DNA from: a virus
Lineage: Duplodnaviria; Caudoviricetes
IMG/VR virus record: IMGVR_UViG_3300032328_000934
Location: 14,975 to 78,974 of that record
Reading direction: 5' to 3' (one strand)
Length of the DNA: 64,000 bases
Below are positions 62,894 to 64,000 of this stretch, piece by piece. Position numbers and translations under genes: made by a program. The stretch's first letter is position 1; each line of letters opens with the position of its first letter. The notes under the pieces were generated by a model that saw only the letters and a list, made by a program, of their open reading frames with translations, did not search any database and was not told where the DNA came from.

Positions 62894-64000
62894 ATGACCT
62901 AATTAGTGAGTGGAGACTTCTGAGCTCATTTGTACAGTCTCCAGAGGCTATGCACCAAGTCACCCCTGCTCTGTTTACGGACGAGCGTGAAATTGTTTTT
63001 AACGCACTCAAGACTGCGTACACCCATTACGGTGAGCTTTCCTATGAGGTGATGCGTCTAGCGTTTAATGGTGACACGCCAAGCGAACTTATACCGGTGC
63101 AGTGTAATCAACGTGCGTTGGTTGATGAACTTTCTATCACTGCACGACGTCGGCAGTTACTGCGTGCAGCTGAAGTGCTTGCCTCAGAGGCCAAGGAGTA
63201 CTCACCAAATGAGTCCCGTGTTTCTGAGGTGTTAAACTTTGCTCCAATCATGCCGTCTTCGGACGTGTCGTTGCTTCCGGGTGCACAGAAGTTAATGTCG
63301 GATCTGCATCGTAAGTACAACGGTACGTACACATTTACGCACACCGGCGTTCGATTTCTTGATCAAATGCTTGGTGGCGAGTGGCTACCAAAAAGCCTCT
63401 CGGTACTCATGGCTAAACCGGGTACGGGCAAGACGGCTTTGGTTGGCCAATCGATGTTGGAGATGGCTCTTCAATACAACACGCGGTCACTGTTTTTTTC
63501 GCTAGAGATGTCAAAGGAGCAGTTGATGTCTCGCTGGGTGTCCTACATGCTAGGCATCGACACGACACTACTGCAGTTTGGTAAGCTCTCAGCAGCTCAA
63601 ATGCATTCTGTAGAGGATGCAATTATTAAATTGCAGACCCTACCAATGTCAGTAATCGACAACCCAGTTATCTCGCTCGCAAGTATTCGCAAAGAAATTC
63701 GCGATGCCGCACGTACTGGATGTCGGGTGGTCTTTCTCGACTACCTGCAGATTGTGAAACATCACAACACTGGATTAAAGAATTACGATCTTGGTGAGGT
63801 TGCACAGGGACTCAAGGAAGCCGCTAAAGAATCAGACTTGGCAGTTGTACTATTGTCACAGATGAATAAGGTCGGTGAGGGTTTAGACGCTGTGCGTGAT
63901 TCGGGTGAGGTGTCTCAAGTTGCGGACACAGTTATTGAGATGTCACCTATTGATGACTACCCGGATGAGTTAGGTAATCGGGCGATTGGCCTACGTTTTC
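62878..64000 (+). CDS. dnaB: replicative DNA helicase, DnaB family (truncated by the window end)
   Basis: Translated by hand from ATG 62878: AKPGTGKT, FFSLEMS, VFLDYLQIV, LSQMN, RDSGEVSQVAD. Confidence 0.93.
   Translation, partial: MQQEMNDLISEWRLLSSFVQSPEAMHQVTPALFTDEREIVFNALKTAYTHYGELSYEVMRLAFNGDTPSELIPVQCNQRALVDELSITARRRQLLRAAEVLASEAKEYSPNESRVSEVLNFAPIMPSSDVSLLPGAQKLMSDLHRKYNGTYTFTHTGVRFLDQMLGGEWLPKSLSVLMAKPGTGKTALVGQSMLEMALQYNTRSLFFSLEMSKEQLMSRWVSYMLGIDTTLLQFGKLSAAQMHSVEDAIIKLQTLPMSVIDNPVISLASIRKEIRDAARTGCRVVFLDYLQIVKHHNTGLKNYDLGEVAQGLKEAAKESDLAVVLLSQMNKVGEGLDAVRDSGEVSQVADTVIEMSPIDDYPDELGNRAIGLRF

Overview
The window is part of a large dsDNA tailed phage genome. It is siphovirus-like: it has a tail tube, chaperones and tape measure, and I found no sheath gene. 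The host cannot be assigned from the sequence. There are four blocks. (1) 1-16.3 kb, minus strand, visibly GC-richer: early/accessory genes including an ArdC-type antirestriction protein and a Ro60/TROVE-like VWA protein. It is punctuated by repeated leader hairpins and, at 10.1-12.9 kb, an array of single-gene cassettes. The cassette spacers are mosaics of shared parts: a conserved leader, terminators, covarying twin hairpins with a fixed CGCA/UGCG loop, and G-quadruplex tracts. (2) 16.4-26.9 kb, minus strand: GT2 glycosyltransferase, lysis genes, portal, intein-containing large terminase, probable small terminase, class II ribonucleotide reductase and MazG. (3) 27.2-59.8 kb, plus strand: head and tail genes, including a 4665-aa tape measure protein carrying a thermonuclease domain, a DUF4326-like domain and a mucin-like region. 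(4) 59.8-64 kb, plus strand: GT4 glycosyltransferase, probable SSB, primase and a DnaB helicase cut by the window edge. The strongest candidates for new biology are the structured cassette array, a four-hairpin RNA array leading the Ro-like gene, sigma70 promoters whose -10 box sits in the loop of a terminator hairpin, and the nuclease-carrying giant tape measure protein. All family assignments come from motifs recognised by eye; no database search was run.
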